A DNA stretch of 64,000 bases from a virus, in the IMG/VR virus record IMGVR_UViG_3300028840_006010; one strand, 5' to 3'. The position numbers and the translations under genes were made by a program. The notes below the pieces were generated by a model that was given only the letters and a program-made list of their open reading frames with translations, was not told where the DNA came from and made no database searches. Positions 50,401-59,370 of this stretch are shown here, one piece after another. Position 1 is the stretch's first letter. The number at the start of each line of letters is the position of its first letter.

Positions 50401-53400
50401 ATTGGTAGCGGTTCTGGAAATGCTTTAAAAACCAGTGGAGCTACTTGGAGAAGGAATATTACAATACAGAATTGTAAATTCTATAATTTTGAACAGGGAT
50501 TTTTTGCATATTCTGATGTTCAAAATTTTAACATAACTGGTTGTAACTTCACTTCTTGCGGTTTGAATGATGAAGCTTCTATCCAATTTAATTTTGGAGC
50601 ACCTGAATCAACAGGTTTGGTAATCCATCATAATGAATTCTATAATGGAGGAGACGCTATCTACATGACAGAAGATTGTACTATAATCAATAATGTGTTT
50701 AATACTCCAGGATATCACGCTATACACGCAACTTCTTCTTGTGATGTGATGAATGCTTATAATAATACTTTCAGGAATGTTGATTATGCAATATTTGGTT
50801 ATGGTGCCGGTCACATTAAATATAATACTGTAGAGAATTGTAATACTTTTATGGGCGTATATAGAGACAACATCAACATACATCATAATAACATCTCATG
50901 GTGTAGTGCATCTGGTTTTTATTTCGGAAGCGCTTCAGCCACGAATAATAACATTTATTCAAACAATATAACTTGCAGAAATTTCACATTTGCTCAAAAT
51001 TGTATTGGAGGAAATGTTATCTATAACAACTACATCAACGTTACCAATTATGTTGCATGGGGTACTGATAGAGCATATCTTGAATGGAATACAACCCAAC
51101 GAGAAGGAACAAATATCATCGGAGGACCAAACATAGGAGGTAATTATTATGTACAATATACCTCTGCCGTTGACACTACGGGTGATGGATTCGCTAGCGC
51201 TTACGATATTCCGCCTTATGATGATGCAACGGATTATCTGCCTTTGACCAACAATTTATCGTTAACAACTTGTTATGTATCCAATACACAACCAGCTGGT
51301 TGGTATGATGTAAATCATCTCAGTACTATAAGTGAAGCGTTAACAAATATCAGTGACACGGGAGGCACCATTTATGTTTGGGACGGTTGGTATACAGAAA
51401 ACATCAACATCACTAAGAACCTTACTGTTATCGGTAATGCGACAGCAACAGTGCACCTTGGAGCTTCCAATCAAGCGGATTATGTAATCAAGGTATATGC
51501 GGATAACGTTACTGTAAATAATTTTGAAGTGTTAAACAGCACACACGGAGTAAAAATAGCACCCGATAGCTTCTTATGTAACATAGAAAACACAACGTTT
51601 ACTGACATCACTATTACAGCAGTTGAAGTCCGTGGAAATTGCGCTGAAATAAAATATGCAACAGCTGGAGCATTATATGGCGTTGATAATTACGCCAACT
51701 TCTTATCTGTTCAGAACTCAACATTTACAAGCACTCATACAGGTGTAAAAACACAAGGAATCAATACAACAATACGTGATTGTAATATCACTCAACAAGA
51801 GGTTGCTGGTTGTTATGGGTTGAATGCCGAGAACTTTTCAGTTAGACATACCGAATTTTATGATATCAGAAACGGAACTTCGTATGCAGGAGCAGTTATT
51901 TATCATAATGTTGATGGTGTAAGAATACACAGCAATTACATGAACCTAACAGAATATGCATTATACGAACCAAATCCAACACCAGGCGGTTTAGTATGTT
52001 TCTATAATAACAAAGTATACAATTCCGATGCAGGTGTTGATGTTGGTAATTTACAACAAACAGCATCCATTGGTGATTGTATCATGTATACTAACAACAT
52101 GACAATCGACATAAATGAAACTGCATATCCCGTTGTATATGGTTCTACTTTACAATCATATACAAGTTGCCCAATTCGTATGCAAGATGTTACTGTTATA
52201 AGTATTTCAGATAACGTTATTATTGAAGGAACATATGGGATGTGGCTTGAAGTATCAACTTCTGTCGGGAATCATATTTATGATAACACGATAAGAAATT
52301 GTACAACGCAAGGTATTCATGTTGTAGGTGGAAGAGTTGATGTATACAACAACACGTTTGACAATATAACCAATGATGGTATTTACAGCCGATTTAATAA
52401 TAACTCAGCGATTATTTACAATGTTATCAATAATTCTATTGCCGGAATAACAGTATCACATTCTACAAGTCCAAGAATATATGAAAATAACATTACAAAT
52501 GCTTCTACAAGTGCAATATCTTGTGCAAACTCAGATGGTAACATTATCCATCATAATCGTATTGACAATATGATTTGGTTATATCAAAACGATAATTCAC
52601 AGGCTCATAATAACACAATAGCTGGTTCTGGCAGTGATATTGGAATATCACTGCAAGGTGTCTCGATTGGTATAGACATTGAAGCGAATTATATCGACAA
52701 TTTCGAAGATGGTATAAAGATTTTTGATTCAAACAGACATGTTAACATATCAAACAACTATATTGAAAATTCGTCACGATATGGAATAAATGTTTCTGGT
52801 GTTTACATAAACTCATTATGTTATAACAATTATTTCGCCAATAACGGTAATCATGTATATGACACATCATCTGACGTTAATGACCGATACAATACTACCC
52901 AACAAACAGGACCTAACATAATCAGCGGACAGGACATTGGTGGTAATTATTATGATAATTACACAGGTGTTGATACAAACGGAGATGGAATTGGTGAAAC
53001 TGTTTTCGTATTAGGTAATGGTTACATTGATTATCTACCATTAACGAATAATCAAGAATTAACAAATATTACTAATCCATTCCCTGCTAATTCATCGACA
53101 AGCGTTGCAAGACCTCCAGTTAATATCAGCGTTACAGTTAATGGAAGTGTTGAATTTTACCTCTATTTCTATAACACAACAGGTATTAGCCCACAATGGA
53201 CATTGATGGACAATTGGACTGTTTCTGGTAAAGAACGATGTGAAATGGTAAGTCTTGATAGTTGGGGGTGGGGAACGCAATTTGTATGGGGCAACACAAC
53301 CTATACTTGGAAAGCATGTGCGTATAACAATACTTGGTTAAACAACACTTATACATTTACAACATTAGCGGATGCAGGAGGAGCCAATGCTCGTAATGAT

Positions 53401-53556
53401 GTCAACGATGATAATGTGGTTAATGTTTTTGATATGAGCGCTGATTGGGGACACCGAACGATTGCAGGATACAAAACGTATAACAGATATTATGATGTAA
53501 ACAATGATGATGTAGTAAACACGATTGATTTATCGACAATCTGGAATAGTACATAG
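44461..53556 (+). CDS. giant (3031 aa) secreted adhesin-like protein: signal peptide, seven tandem ~375-aa right-handed parallel beta-helix (NosD/CASH/PbH1-type) modules, C-terminal shared module and type-I dockerin
   Basis: Each module starts YVxxxxxxGWYDxxHVxTIxEAITN...GT(I/V)YVWxGTY and ends TTGPNIIGGxxIGGNYWxxYTGxDxxGDGIGxTxY...DYLPLTNN. C-terminus has DVNDDNVVNVFD...DVNNDDVVNTID dockerin loops. Extremely dense N-x-S/T sequons. Confidence 0.9.
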   Translation: MNKIKTILIVMLFIATIVPLTVSSDDPYIPQADVYVCGTMGAGWYDATHVATIAEGITNVSSGGTIYVWNGTYDEQLTISKQLTLQGNSSAATIIRYNSGNIVTVVSADGCAFKDLNFTWTGGWSNCIDMQYCNNTLIDNVHFKDGYSAVDIVDSRNFTFSNCVVRSMYAYGVHLTTVTWANITQSNFVDNDNDIYIWRGYHINTSHCRFYNHPGEDIAVRMSTTTGYNSYYTIYDCDIEANTGWPGIYIGGRYSRIIQNRISNCSSAIHLSDSSAYYTEVKNNVIRDCSLEGINVNYGQSSTTPGIIAHNSIKNCTYALELDDTSYWTIYNNYFNNSIEFSGTVHHITWNISKTTAPNIVGGPYQGGNFWSAYSGVNRGDGFGSTNYTIRQWSDIDYLPLVDDYYQVYVDDDKPAQWYDVYHVATIPEAITNITNGTIYVWEGTYDEEVTINKEVTLIGNGTNSIITNLTIVSNDNVTIMNLNFTRSGSGDAIRLSSKNNITVKNCEFYNLDSAILMYSDLEGFNFTGCNCTKCGLNDGCLEFNWGSGTSQNNVIYDNEFYNIGTEETIYMGDTVGDFVVANNVFKNTDDITLRSSESANHIYNNSFIGSSTTIGVGDNDVISYNTINDASSAFSCYASNVDIHHNNITTVENYAFYLGTSASDVQIYSNNITGVDTVAYSQSGIVDATFYNNYISYDSSKSSGSGYDKIIWNTTKTTGPNIIGGLSIGGNYWVQYTTAVDTTGNGFASQYQINTGVYDYLPLSNNLTSIFVSSNQPAGWYNEHRVHTISEAITNASDGWTVYVWNGSYNEQVTISKRLDIIGNTSANVTITAPSSPVIKVSSDHVNISNVNVTGSGFIGLDIINSIDYVRITDSRFYGLKYGITNQSYHNLDFINISNCNFTHISGTAIQFYPDSYSDNVTIDNNEFYGNDGDMDYGIVIHRGDDCTISNNQFKQLYYNSLLLNDNACQRNTVENNTFTNTNGGIWTYSTGHIKYNTFTDIPTNDYPISILAHDGMVYVHHNDISSCWRGIELYNNGENATIYANNISTTNYSIFGGTGVSNVFVYNNRLYQDVGGTSFGEWNTTESIATNIIGGPTIGGNWWAQYTDATDTTGNGIADTHYEVFSGVYDELPITNNISLQTFYVSNSMGENWYDSNHTHTINDALTNLSDNGGTIYVWDGTYTETLAINKPNVNIIGNGTDVTTLQHSTGNLIHIYQSNINISHMYLKTTSSKNMHGIVKDTGTVNNLTFYDLHLYDFAYGIHIYNTVDNVTIKNCNITDCATVGGLMAVEIKEGCSNVTITNNEFYNNTQRCMFIYNSNDIAITHNIIKTTYYDAILTQYGKRFEISNNTITDSLYSAIYFKSSGHVKYNNIINCNHGIVIEADEVSMVNQYYHHNIIDNAVGGAFAIGTPKGVQPIVYSNEIRNVSYCIYCYQSLSNGTFYNNNFTGIVNSNSKSLTGCSFNITQRTGPNIIGGQDIGGNYWSGYTGYTTGDGIGTTSYQTYVGGPYDYLPLTNKQNIIYVSGSMGAGWYNGAHVATIAEAITNMTLNNSGTVYVWEGTYSEDLTVDKGITFIGNGTDRTNVSGAWTISHDNVTIQAMNLSKNSGTIISTGTSKDININNVKLSTATYGISSTTGKRINVTNCTSSYSFGWYAIHFVGTTHCNVKDNTFTGGALPIHGKYADYLNVSNNFVKGTNIIEYSNYTTLYNNSFYKGQGAYIYSTLEITGCTETTIQNNNIYKSTGQSAIEIQSGTNNNIIHNTINNTAYYGLFVSSTENNITIKNNIFANNSEVGSNYHDITLFDSCNDVLIYNNRFMTTNNPDFNRADVISVNNVTLNTTQQTGPNIIGGQDIGGNKWSLYTGVDITGDGIGSTSYTIDGVTDYLPLTNTRQYTTVYVSGSMGAGWYNTTQVHTLAEAVTNISNVGGTVYVWNGTYTGGATVTKAITFIGNSTAKTNITTNEIDIESDNVSISNFNFIGSGSGNALKTSGATWRRNITIQNCKFYNFEQGFFAYSDVQNFNITGCNFTSCGLNDEASIQFNFGAPESTGLVIHHNEFYNGGDAIYMTEDCTIINNVFNTPGYHAIHATSSCDVMNAYNNTFRNVDYAIFGYGAGHIKYNTVENCNTFMGVYRDNINIHHNNISWCSASGFYFGSASATNNNIYSNNITCRNFTFAQNCIGGNVIYNNYINVTNYVAWGTDRAYLEWNTTQREGTNIIGGPNIGGNYYVQYTSAVDTTGDGFASAYDIPPYDDATDYLPLTNNLSLTTCYVSNTQPAGWYDVNHLSTISEALTNISDTGGTIYVWDGWYTENINITKNLTVIGNATATVHLGASNQADYVIKVYADNVTVNNFEVLNSTHGVKIAPDSFLCNIENTTFTDITITAVEVRGNCAEIKYATAGALYGVDNYANFLSVQNSTFTSTHTGVKTQGINTTIRDCNITQQEVAGCYGLNAENFSVRHTEFYDIRNGTSYAGAVIYHNVDGVRIHSNYMNLTEYALYEPNPTPGGLVCFYNNKVYNSDAGVDVGNLQQTASIGDCIMYTNNMTIDINETAYPVVYGSTLQSYTSCPIRMQDVTVISISDNVIIEGTYGMWLEVSTSVGNHIYDNTIRNCTTQGIHVVGGRVDVYNNTFDNITNDGIYSRFNNNSAIIYNVINNSIAGITVSHSTSPRIYENNITNASTSAISCANSDGNIIHHNRIDNMIWLYQNDNSQAHNNTIAGSGSDIGISLQGVSIGIDIEANYIDNFEDGIKIFDSNRHVNISNNYIENSSRYGINVSGVYINSLCYNNYFANNGNHVYDTSSDVNDRYNTTQQTGPNIISGQDIGGNYYDNYTGVDTNGDGIGETVFVLGNGYIDYLPLTNNQELTNITNPFPANSSTSVARPPVNISVTVNGSVEFYLYFYNTTGISPQWTLMDNWTVSGKERCEMVSLDSWGWGTQFVWGNTTYTWKACAYNNTWLNNTYTFTTLADAGGANARNDVNDDNVVNVFDMSADWGHRTIAGYKTYNRYYDVNNDDVVNTIDLSTIWNST
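44563..52890 (+). repeat. intragenic tandem array of 7 beta-helix modules (~1.09-1.14 kb each; starts near 44563, 45681, 46768, 47890, 49033, 50158, 51272)
   Basis: Protein-level periodicity read from the translation. DNA at module 5/6 starts is 34/36 identical (TATGTATCNGGTTCAATGGGAGCNGGATGGTATAAT). Confidence 0.8.
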
Positions 53557-53599
53557 TATTAAATAAGTCCAAAAAAATATATATGAAGGTGGTGAGTAA

Positions 53600-55333
53600 A
53601 TAAGGAAAGTAATACTAATCCTCATTTTCTTTCTTTTTTTCGTAGCATTCGTTGTTACTGTAAATGCGGATAATCCAAACTATATCTACAATAATAACTT
53701 TATTGACAATACAAGAGATGCTATTGATAACAGCTCAAACACCTATTGGAACTCATCGTATCCTACTGGCGGAAATTATTGGTCAAATTATACAAATCAA
53801 CATAATCCACCACAAGATATATATTCAGGAACCTATCCACAATCCGTACCGGGTGCGGATGGTATATGGGATATTTATTACGCGATTTGGGGAACAGCTG
53901 GTAGTCATGATTATTATCCGCTTTCAGACCAATATCCTCCTATGAACGTTGTATACGTTGACGATAACCGACCATGGGATTGGTATAACGTGACAGGGCA
54001 TTATCGTAACATTACTTATGGAATGTTCTATGTAGCAAACAACGGCACCGTTTATGTTTTTGATGGCACTTACAATGAACATGTAATAGGAAATAAATCA
54101 GTAAAAATTATTGGAAACGGCTCTGAGACAACCACAATACATGGAATATATCATACACACGTTGTTAATTTAACTGCTGATTATGTAAACATTACTGGTT
54201 TTACGATTGAGAATGGAGGCGGACATGAATATGATGCTGGCGTGTATATTAAGACAAATCATTCATATGTTTATAACAACACAATAGTAGATTGTAATGT
54301 AGGAATCTATGTTCAATATGATTATAACTTTATTGGTAGAAATAATATATCAGGCAATCCTCGTAATATCTATATCATAAATTGTAATCGAAGTAACATC
54401 ACCAGAAATACAATAGAACATAGCTCAATATATGCTCTTTACGCTGAAAACTGCCATCATAATATCATTGATTACAATAATTGTTCTAATGGTACTCGAG
54501 GTATGAGATTAATCACCAGTACAGATAATAACCTTAGTTATAATGAAATAAATGATATTGAATTTGATGCTATAGAAATAACATCTGATGATAATGTTGT
54601 GTATAGATGTGATTTAATCAACGCCACTCGAGCTGTATACATACATGATTGTTCTAACAATGAACTTTTTTATTCTAATGTTTCTTTAAGTCAAAAAGGA
54701 GTTCATATTGACTCTGCTTATGACATGTTTGTTAAAAGAATGAAGGCATATGAGTGTTATGAATACGGTATCATCATAGAAAATTCATCTAATATTAATT
54801 TATATTATAACAGTTTAATACGAAACGCAATAAACGGATTTGATGATTCAAACAATAATAGTTGGTATTCATCTGATTTAGAACGAGGTAATTATTGGTC
54901 GAATTATCATAACGCTTCTCAAGGAGCGTATGATAATAATTCTGATGGTATTGCTGATGACCCATATATTGTTCCATCAGGTGGTTCGCTTGACTTGTAT
55001 CCATTGATGTGGCCTGTCGGAACAGGATTCCTTAGTATTGATGGAAAATCAAATGGATGCCAGATTTATGATTACACACCAACGTTTAACTGGACAAAAA
55101 TATATAATACAGGTCATTATCAATTACAAATTGCGACAGATTCAGGTTTTACAAATCTCGTTGTTAATTTAACAAACATAACATGGGCTTCTGAATGGTA
55201 TTTTGCAAGTTATTATGAACAAAACGAAACGCGAGCATCATTTACACTTCCTCCCCAATATGCTTTACCTGATTATGGTCTTTATTATTGTCGTGTCCGA
55301 GGATTAACCCATGGAGGGAGACCGTCACCTTGA
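53600..55333 (+). CDS. beta-helix module surface protein (same module family). The frame is open upstream of the ORF-track ATG (53942) and encodes a signal-peptide-like stretch, but there is no canonical start; in-frame ATA 53600 follows SD AAGGTGGTGAG.
   Basis: Upstream in-frame translation ...ILILIFFLFFVAFVVTVNADNPNYIYNNNFIDN...GGNYWSNYT...DYYPLS continues into MNVVYVDD... Stop TAA at 53597-53599 bounds the frame. Confidence 0.55.
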   Translation: MRKVILILIFFLFFVAFVVTVNADNPNYIYNNNFIDNTRDAIDNSSNTYWNSSYPTGGNYWSNYTNQHNPPQDIYSGTYPQSVPGADGIWDIYYAIWGTAGSHDYYPLSDQYPPMNVVYVDDNRPWDWYNVTGHYRNITYGMFYVANNGTVYVFDGTYNEHVIGNKSVKIIGNGSETTTIHGIYHTHVVNLTADYVNITGFTIENGGGHEYDAGVYIKTNHSYVYNNTIVDCNVGIYVQYDYNFIGRNNISGNPRNIYIINCNRSNITRNTIEHSSIYALYAENCHHNIIDYNNCSNGTRGMRLITSTDNNLSYNEINDIEFDAIEITSDDNVVYRCDLINATRAVYIHDCSNNELFYSNVSLSQKGVHIDSAYDMFVKRMKAYECYEYGIIIENSSNINLYYNSLIRNAINGFDDSNNNSWYSSDLERGNYWSNYHNASQGAYDNNSDGIADDPYIVPSGGSLDLYPLMWPVGTGFLSIDGKSNGCQIYDYTPTFNWTKIYNTGHYQLQIATDSGFTNLVVNLTNITWASEWYFASYYEQNETRASFTLPPQYALPDYGLYYCRVRGLTHGGRPSP

Positions 55334-58300
55334 ATAAGATAACCGCAATAAGTATTGTACTACTTATCATATTTACAACAGTCTATCCGGTACAATCTAC
55401 AAGAGGTCCACATTATATACCTTCTCAATCCGCCGATATCTATGTTGATTGGAACGCTTCATATAGAGGAGTTGGATGGTATGATGCAACGCATGTAGCT
55501 ACTATTTCACAAGCTATATCAAACGCTAACGATGGAGATACAATTTTTATCTATAATGGAACTTATAATGAAGAGGTCACTATCAATAAAAGAGTAAGTA
55601 TTATAGGTCAAAAAAATTCTACTTCACCAACTGATTATATTAATGATACTGTAATAATTAGTAAAAATCCAACTGATGCTTGTTTTAATATAGAAAGTCA
55701 TTGGGTTAACATTTCGAATATAGCATTTTCTTGTCAAAATGCATTAAAACCATGTGTTTTAGTAGAATCCCATAATCATATCAACATTAGTGATTGTTTA
55801 TTTACACATGCAATACAAGGAACAACTGGATGTGGTGTAAAACTCGATGCAGTAGGTTATGTTGATATTTATAATAACGTTTTTTATGGCTCCGGATGTG
55901 GTATTTGGTTTGAATCTATGGGTTTTTCTCATCATTGTACAATACGCAATAACTCAATTACAACATATCATCATGCAGATGATAATGCTTGTGGTATCAA
56001 AATAAATCGTGATAATAGTTATAATACAATAGATAATAATATAATTTATAACAACTCATTCGCCGGTGTACATATCTTTGGAACTTGGAATACAATAACG
56101 AATAATACTATATCAGGGAACGGGAGAAGTGGTATTACTGATTCATGTGGCGTACTTTTAGAATCAGAAAGTCATAATAATACTATTGGTACAACTCACA
56201 TTCAAGAATCATATAGTAACATTTTTAATTATAATAACCGAGCCGTTGTAATAGAAAAGGATTCAAAAGATAATAATGTTTCAATGAATCTTTTTAATAA
56301 TAGTAATATTTCTGTATCAGTTGTCGAAACAGTTGGTGTTATGTCAGGTGGAGGAGAACCTAATCATGTTTTTAGAAACGATTTCATGAATGCTAATGTA
56401 AGGCATCTTCAAGTTGAAGCTTTAGCTTCCTCAACTGTATATTGGAATCTGACCTATCCTGGTTTTCCACTCACCCATGCTATTGGTAATTATTTTGATG
56501 ATTATTCCGGTGAAGATGAGTATCACGGTGCAAATCAAGATATAACTGGTTCTGATGGTGTAGGTGACACACCGTATCCGGCGCAAGTAATGTCAACACA
56601 AGCCTACTATCCTACAATACAATCACAAGGGAATATGTCATGGGGAATCATTGTATTACCGACACAAAATATTGAGGCAATAACTGCTACATTATGGGGT
56701 TGGTATGGTTGGGGAACAACTGATACAGCATCAAGTGCCGGTTTTTATTATGGTAAATGTAACTGTTCTCAAAGCAACCATGATTTCAATACAACAGGAG
56801 GAACAAACTTAGAAAATGAATCATATTCGAAATCGGTTACCGTTGAAGGTTCATCTTGTTATTGTGTAAAAGCATGGGCAAAAAACGATACAGGTTTTCA
56901 TGTATCAACCAACACAGATTATTTTCTAACAAAACCATCTGCTTCTCCTTCAAATTTAACTATTACTCATCGAAATGCAACTAACGTTACTTTGACATGG
57001 GATAATTTATCAATTACACCTCCATCATGTGCTACATCATTTGTTCAATATACTATTATTAGGTATAGCCCTACATCTCATCCTGCAAATCCTACTGATG
57101 GACAATCAGGTTACATAGGTACAGCTGAAACATGTAAGATAACAGGACTAACAAAAGACAGTCAATATTTCTTTTCCGCGTGGACATACATTCGAGCAAA
57201 TTGTTCCGGTACAATGTATTCACAAAATAGCACAGAATTTGCAACTACAACAACATGGACGCAAGGTGGTGCGTATAACATTAGTGTACGATATGAAAAC
57301 ACAACATATGGTTATGTACCTTTAAATCGATGGGGACCGCATGTTTTTACGATTTATTATTATGGAGAGGAACCTTGGGGTGAGGCATATGGACAGGTTG
57401 ATTACGTTACGATTGTAACTAACGATACAGGCGTCACAAATATTACATATGATAAAGGCATCATTGGTGATTTTTCGGATATATCACATGGAAATTTGAC
57501 GATAACAACAAATCGAACTATTAAATTCATACAATTATATTGGAATGACACGGATATAGGTTTTCCAAATCGTTGTTTTCGGACAATTATTCCTGAAACA
57601 GGAGAACGAAACGTCACATTCTTCATTCGAACTAATTTGCAGGTATATGGAGAAGGTACAAACAATTTCAACGGTAGTATAGTGATGTATAATTATGTGT
57701 TCATCGATGAAACAGGACAATTTCGTCCACCAAACCAACCATATGCTTCAATATATACATTTGATGAAGAAGGAAATCGTTTGGTTATACATGAAGAATT
57801 TTTTGATACAACAGGTGCGGTTTATCCTTGGTTGATATTTGACAAACAATATTTCATTGGTGTATATTGTGATTTACTTGAATATGATAGGTTAGGATTA
57901 GCGCCATCACAAACTGACCAAAGTCCTGAAATTGATATTCCTTGGGAATGGAATCAAACATACGCATTTTATGATTTAATTATGCTTACACCCAAATGGT
58001 ATAGTAATGGTTTCTATGTGTATTATCGTGATACTACATACAGTACTTCTGCTGTCACATTTACAGTATATGATTCAATAAATGGTACACAATTATATAC
58101 AACAACATTCACAGGTGGTAGTGTAAAGAATTTTACCTACCCATGTAATACAACACAAAATTATGCATACAAAATAACGGCAACACTTGATAGTGTTGAT
58201 AATGTGTATGATGGTACCTATTCTACCAAACAGGTTATTGTTGCATATGCTACCGAGGCAATATACGACCAATCATCAATTGATGATATTATTGAAAATA

Positions 58301-58605
58301 TTTTTGGTTTAACGCCTATATATAATACGGCGACAAATCAAGAAGTACCATGGACTTATATAATCATATTTTCATTAGCATTTATATTCTTAGTTTCTCT
58401 CGGAAAATTAAATGCATTTCTTGGCGCATTGGGGTGTGGAATGGTCCTTGCTTTATCAGGTGTAGCTGTAATTGGTGCAGGAGCGCTTTTTTCGAATTAT
58501 CCTAATTGGCAAGGACCTTCCCTTTTAGTTATAGGAGTATTCATTATACTTATTGGTATTATTGGTCTTATAGGAGGAGTTGACAGGAGGTCTGGATACT
58601 ATTGA
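55330..58605 (+). CDS. beta-helix module + Fn3-like repeats surface protein with C-terminal multi-TM anchor. Start proposed at TTG 55330 (TTGA overlap with upstream stop), giving signal peptide MNKITAISIVLLIIFTTVYPVQS.
   Basis: N-terminal module YVDWNASYRGVGWYDATHVATISQAISN...IFIYNGTYNEEVTIN. Module-end motif GNYFDDYSGEDE...GVGDTPYP. C-terminal hydrophobic helices then RRSGYY. Confidence 0.65.
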   Translation: MNKITAISIVLLIIFTTVYPVQSTRGPHYIPSQSADIYVDWNASYRGVGWYDATHVATISQAISNANDGDTIFIYNGTYNEEVTINKRVSIIGQKNSTSPTDYINDTVIISKNPTDACFNIESHWVNISNIAFSCQNALKPCVLVESHNHINISDCLFTHAIQGTTGCGVKLDAVGYVDIYNNVFYGSGCGIWFESMGFSHHCTIRNNSITTYHHADDNACGIKINRDNSYNTIDNNIIYNNSFAGVHIFGTWNTITNNTISGNGRSGITDSCGVLLESESHNNTIGTTHIQESYSNIFNYNNRAVVIEKDSKDNNVSMNLFNNSNISVSVVETVGVMSGGGEPNHVFRNDFMNANVRHLQVEALASSTVYWNLTYPGFPLTHAIGNYFDDYSGEDEYHGANQDITGSDGVGDTPYPAQVMSTQAYYPTIQSQGNMSWGIIVLPTQNIEAITATLWGWYGWGTTDTASSAGFYYGKCNCSQSNHDFNTTGGTNLENESYSKSVTVEGSSCYCVKAWAKNDTGFHVSTNTDYFLTKPSASPSNLTITHRNATNVTLTWDNLSITPPSCATSFVQYTIIRYSPTSHPANPTDGQSGYIGTAETCKITGLTKDSQYFFSAWTYIRANCSGTMYSQNSTEFATTTTWTQGGAYNISVRYENTTYGYVPLNRWGPHVFTIYYYGEEPWGEAYGQVDYVTIVTNDTGVTNITYDKGIIGDFSDISHGNLTITTNRTIKFIQLYWNDTDIGFPNRCFRTIIPETGERNVTFFIRTNLQVYGEGTNNFNGSIVMYNYVFIDETGQFRPPNQPYASIYTFDEEGNRLVIHEEFFDTTGAVYPWLIFDKQYFIGVYCDLLEYDRLGLAPSQTDQSPEIDIPWEWNQTYAFYDLIMLTPKWYSNGFYVYYRDTTYSTSAVTFTVYDSINGTQLYTTTFTGGSVKNFTYPCNTTQNYAYKITATLDSVDNVYDGTYSTKQVIVAYATEAIYDQSSIDDIIENIFGLTPIYNTATNQEVPWTYIIIFSLAFIFLVSLGKLNAFLGALGCGMVLALSGVAVIGAGALFSNYPNWQGPSLLVIGVFIILIGIIGLIGGVDRRSGYY

Positions 58606-59051
58606 AAGCAGTTAACATTATGATGTATTTATTGATATTTAATATCGTCATTTCTTTGATAGGTTATTTGAATATTTATCAAATGAATGTGCAAGGAAGA
58701 TATAATTTGGTTGATTTAGAAGAAGGGCGTGGAGGAGAATCAGCTGTATGGTTCTTCTTAGGAACATCCGCTGTTGTATTGATTACAGCCGCTATTGCTG
58801 GTGCGGTAGGAGGAGCGTACTTTTTGAAAATTCCTACATCTGAAGGAGCCGCGTATGGCTTTTTCGGTACATTATTAGGTTTGATATTCATCAATTCATA
58901 TGATATATTATGGGCTTTAGTTGACTATGCACCACAACCAGCTCAATTTGCTGTTGGTGTTGTTGTAGCGTTATTCTTAGGTATAACTGGAGTAATGTTT
59001 GCACTTGGTTATTTACAACTGATACGTGGTAGCATACAAACAATGGCGTGA
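58602..59051 (+). CDS. multi-pass membrane protein
   Basis: 4 TM helices; ATGA overlap. Confidence 0.5.
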   Translation: MKAVNIMMYLLIFNIVISLIGYLNIYQMNVQGRYNLVDLEEGRGGESAVWFFLGTSAVVLITAAIAGAVGGAYFLKIPTSEGAAYGFFGTLLGLIFINSYDILWALVDYAPQPAQFAVGVVVALFLGITGVMFALGYLQLIRGSIQTMA

Positions 59052-59370
59052 GAAAATGATAGATGTAACGACAATAATAGCAGTCATTGTAAACTTCTCG
59101 AATTTCACTCGAGATGGTATAATACGATTAGCGTTTCAACCGTATTATGCCATACTTGGTAATTTTACATGGGGTATCATATTTGGATTTATTGGCGTAG
59201 CATTATACGCTAATGAAAGAAGCATGGGTACTGTATCCATATTTTTGATTATTATAGGAGTGTTTTTCAGTATTGCAATGGCACAATTGATGTGGTATTT
59301 ATTCGGAATCATACTTGGTTTGTTATTAGCAACAATATTTTATAGAACATTTGTGGTTCAAAAGTTATAA
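59026..59370 (+). CDS. membrane protein
   Basis: 3 TM helices. Confidence 0.45.
   Translation: MVAYKQWREKMIDVTTIIAVIVNFSNFTRDGIIRLAFQPYYAILGNFTWGIIFGFIGVALYANERSMGTVSIFLIIIGVFFSIAMAQLMWYLFGIILGLLLATIFYRTFVVQKL

Noticed and set aside
44461-53556. Diversity-generating retroelement or phase-variation cassette acting on the giant adhesin
   Set aside because: No reverse transcriptase (no YxDD ORF) and no template repeat or invertible segment with flanking inverted repeats found nearby. Variation is more likely by module recombination.
968-57738. Numerous 60-130-aa ORFs antisense to or nested inside long genes (e.g. 968..1243-, 2057..2446-, 27623..27868+, 29943..30320+, 45777..45968-, 49074..49478-)
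   Set aside because: They lie within much longer, motif-supported ORFs on the opposite strand or in another frame, have low-complexity skewed composition and no SD or start context. Treated as spurious.
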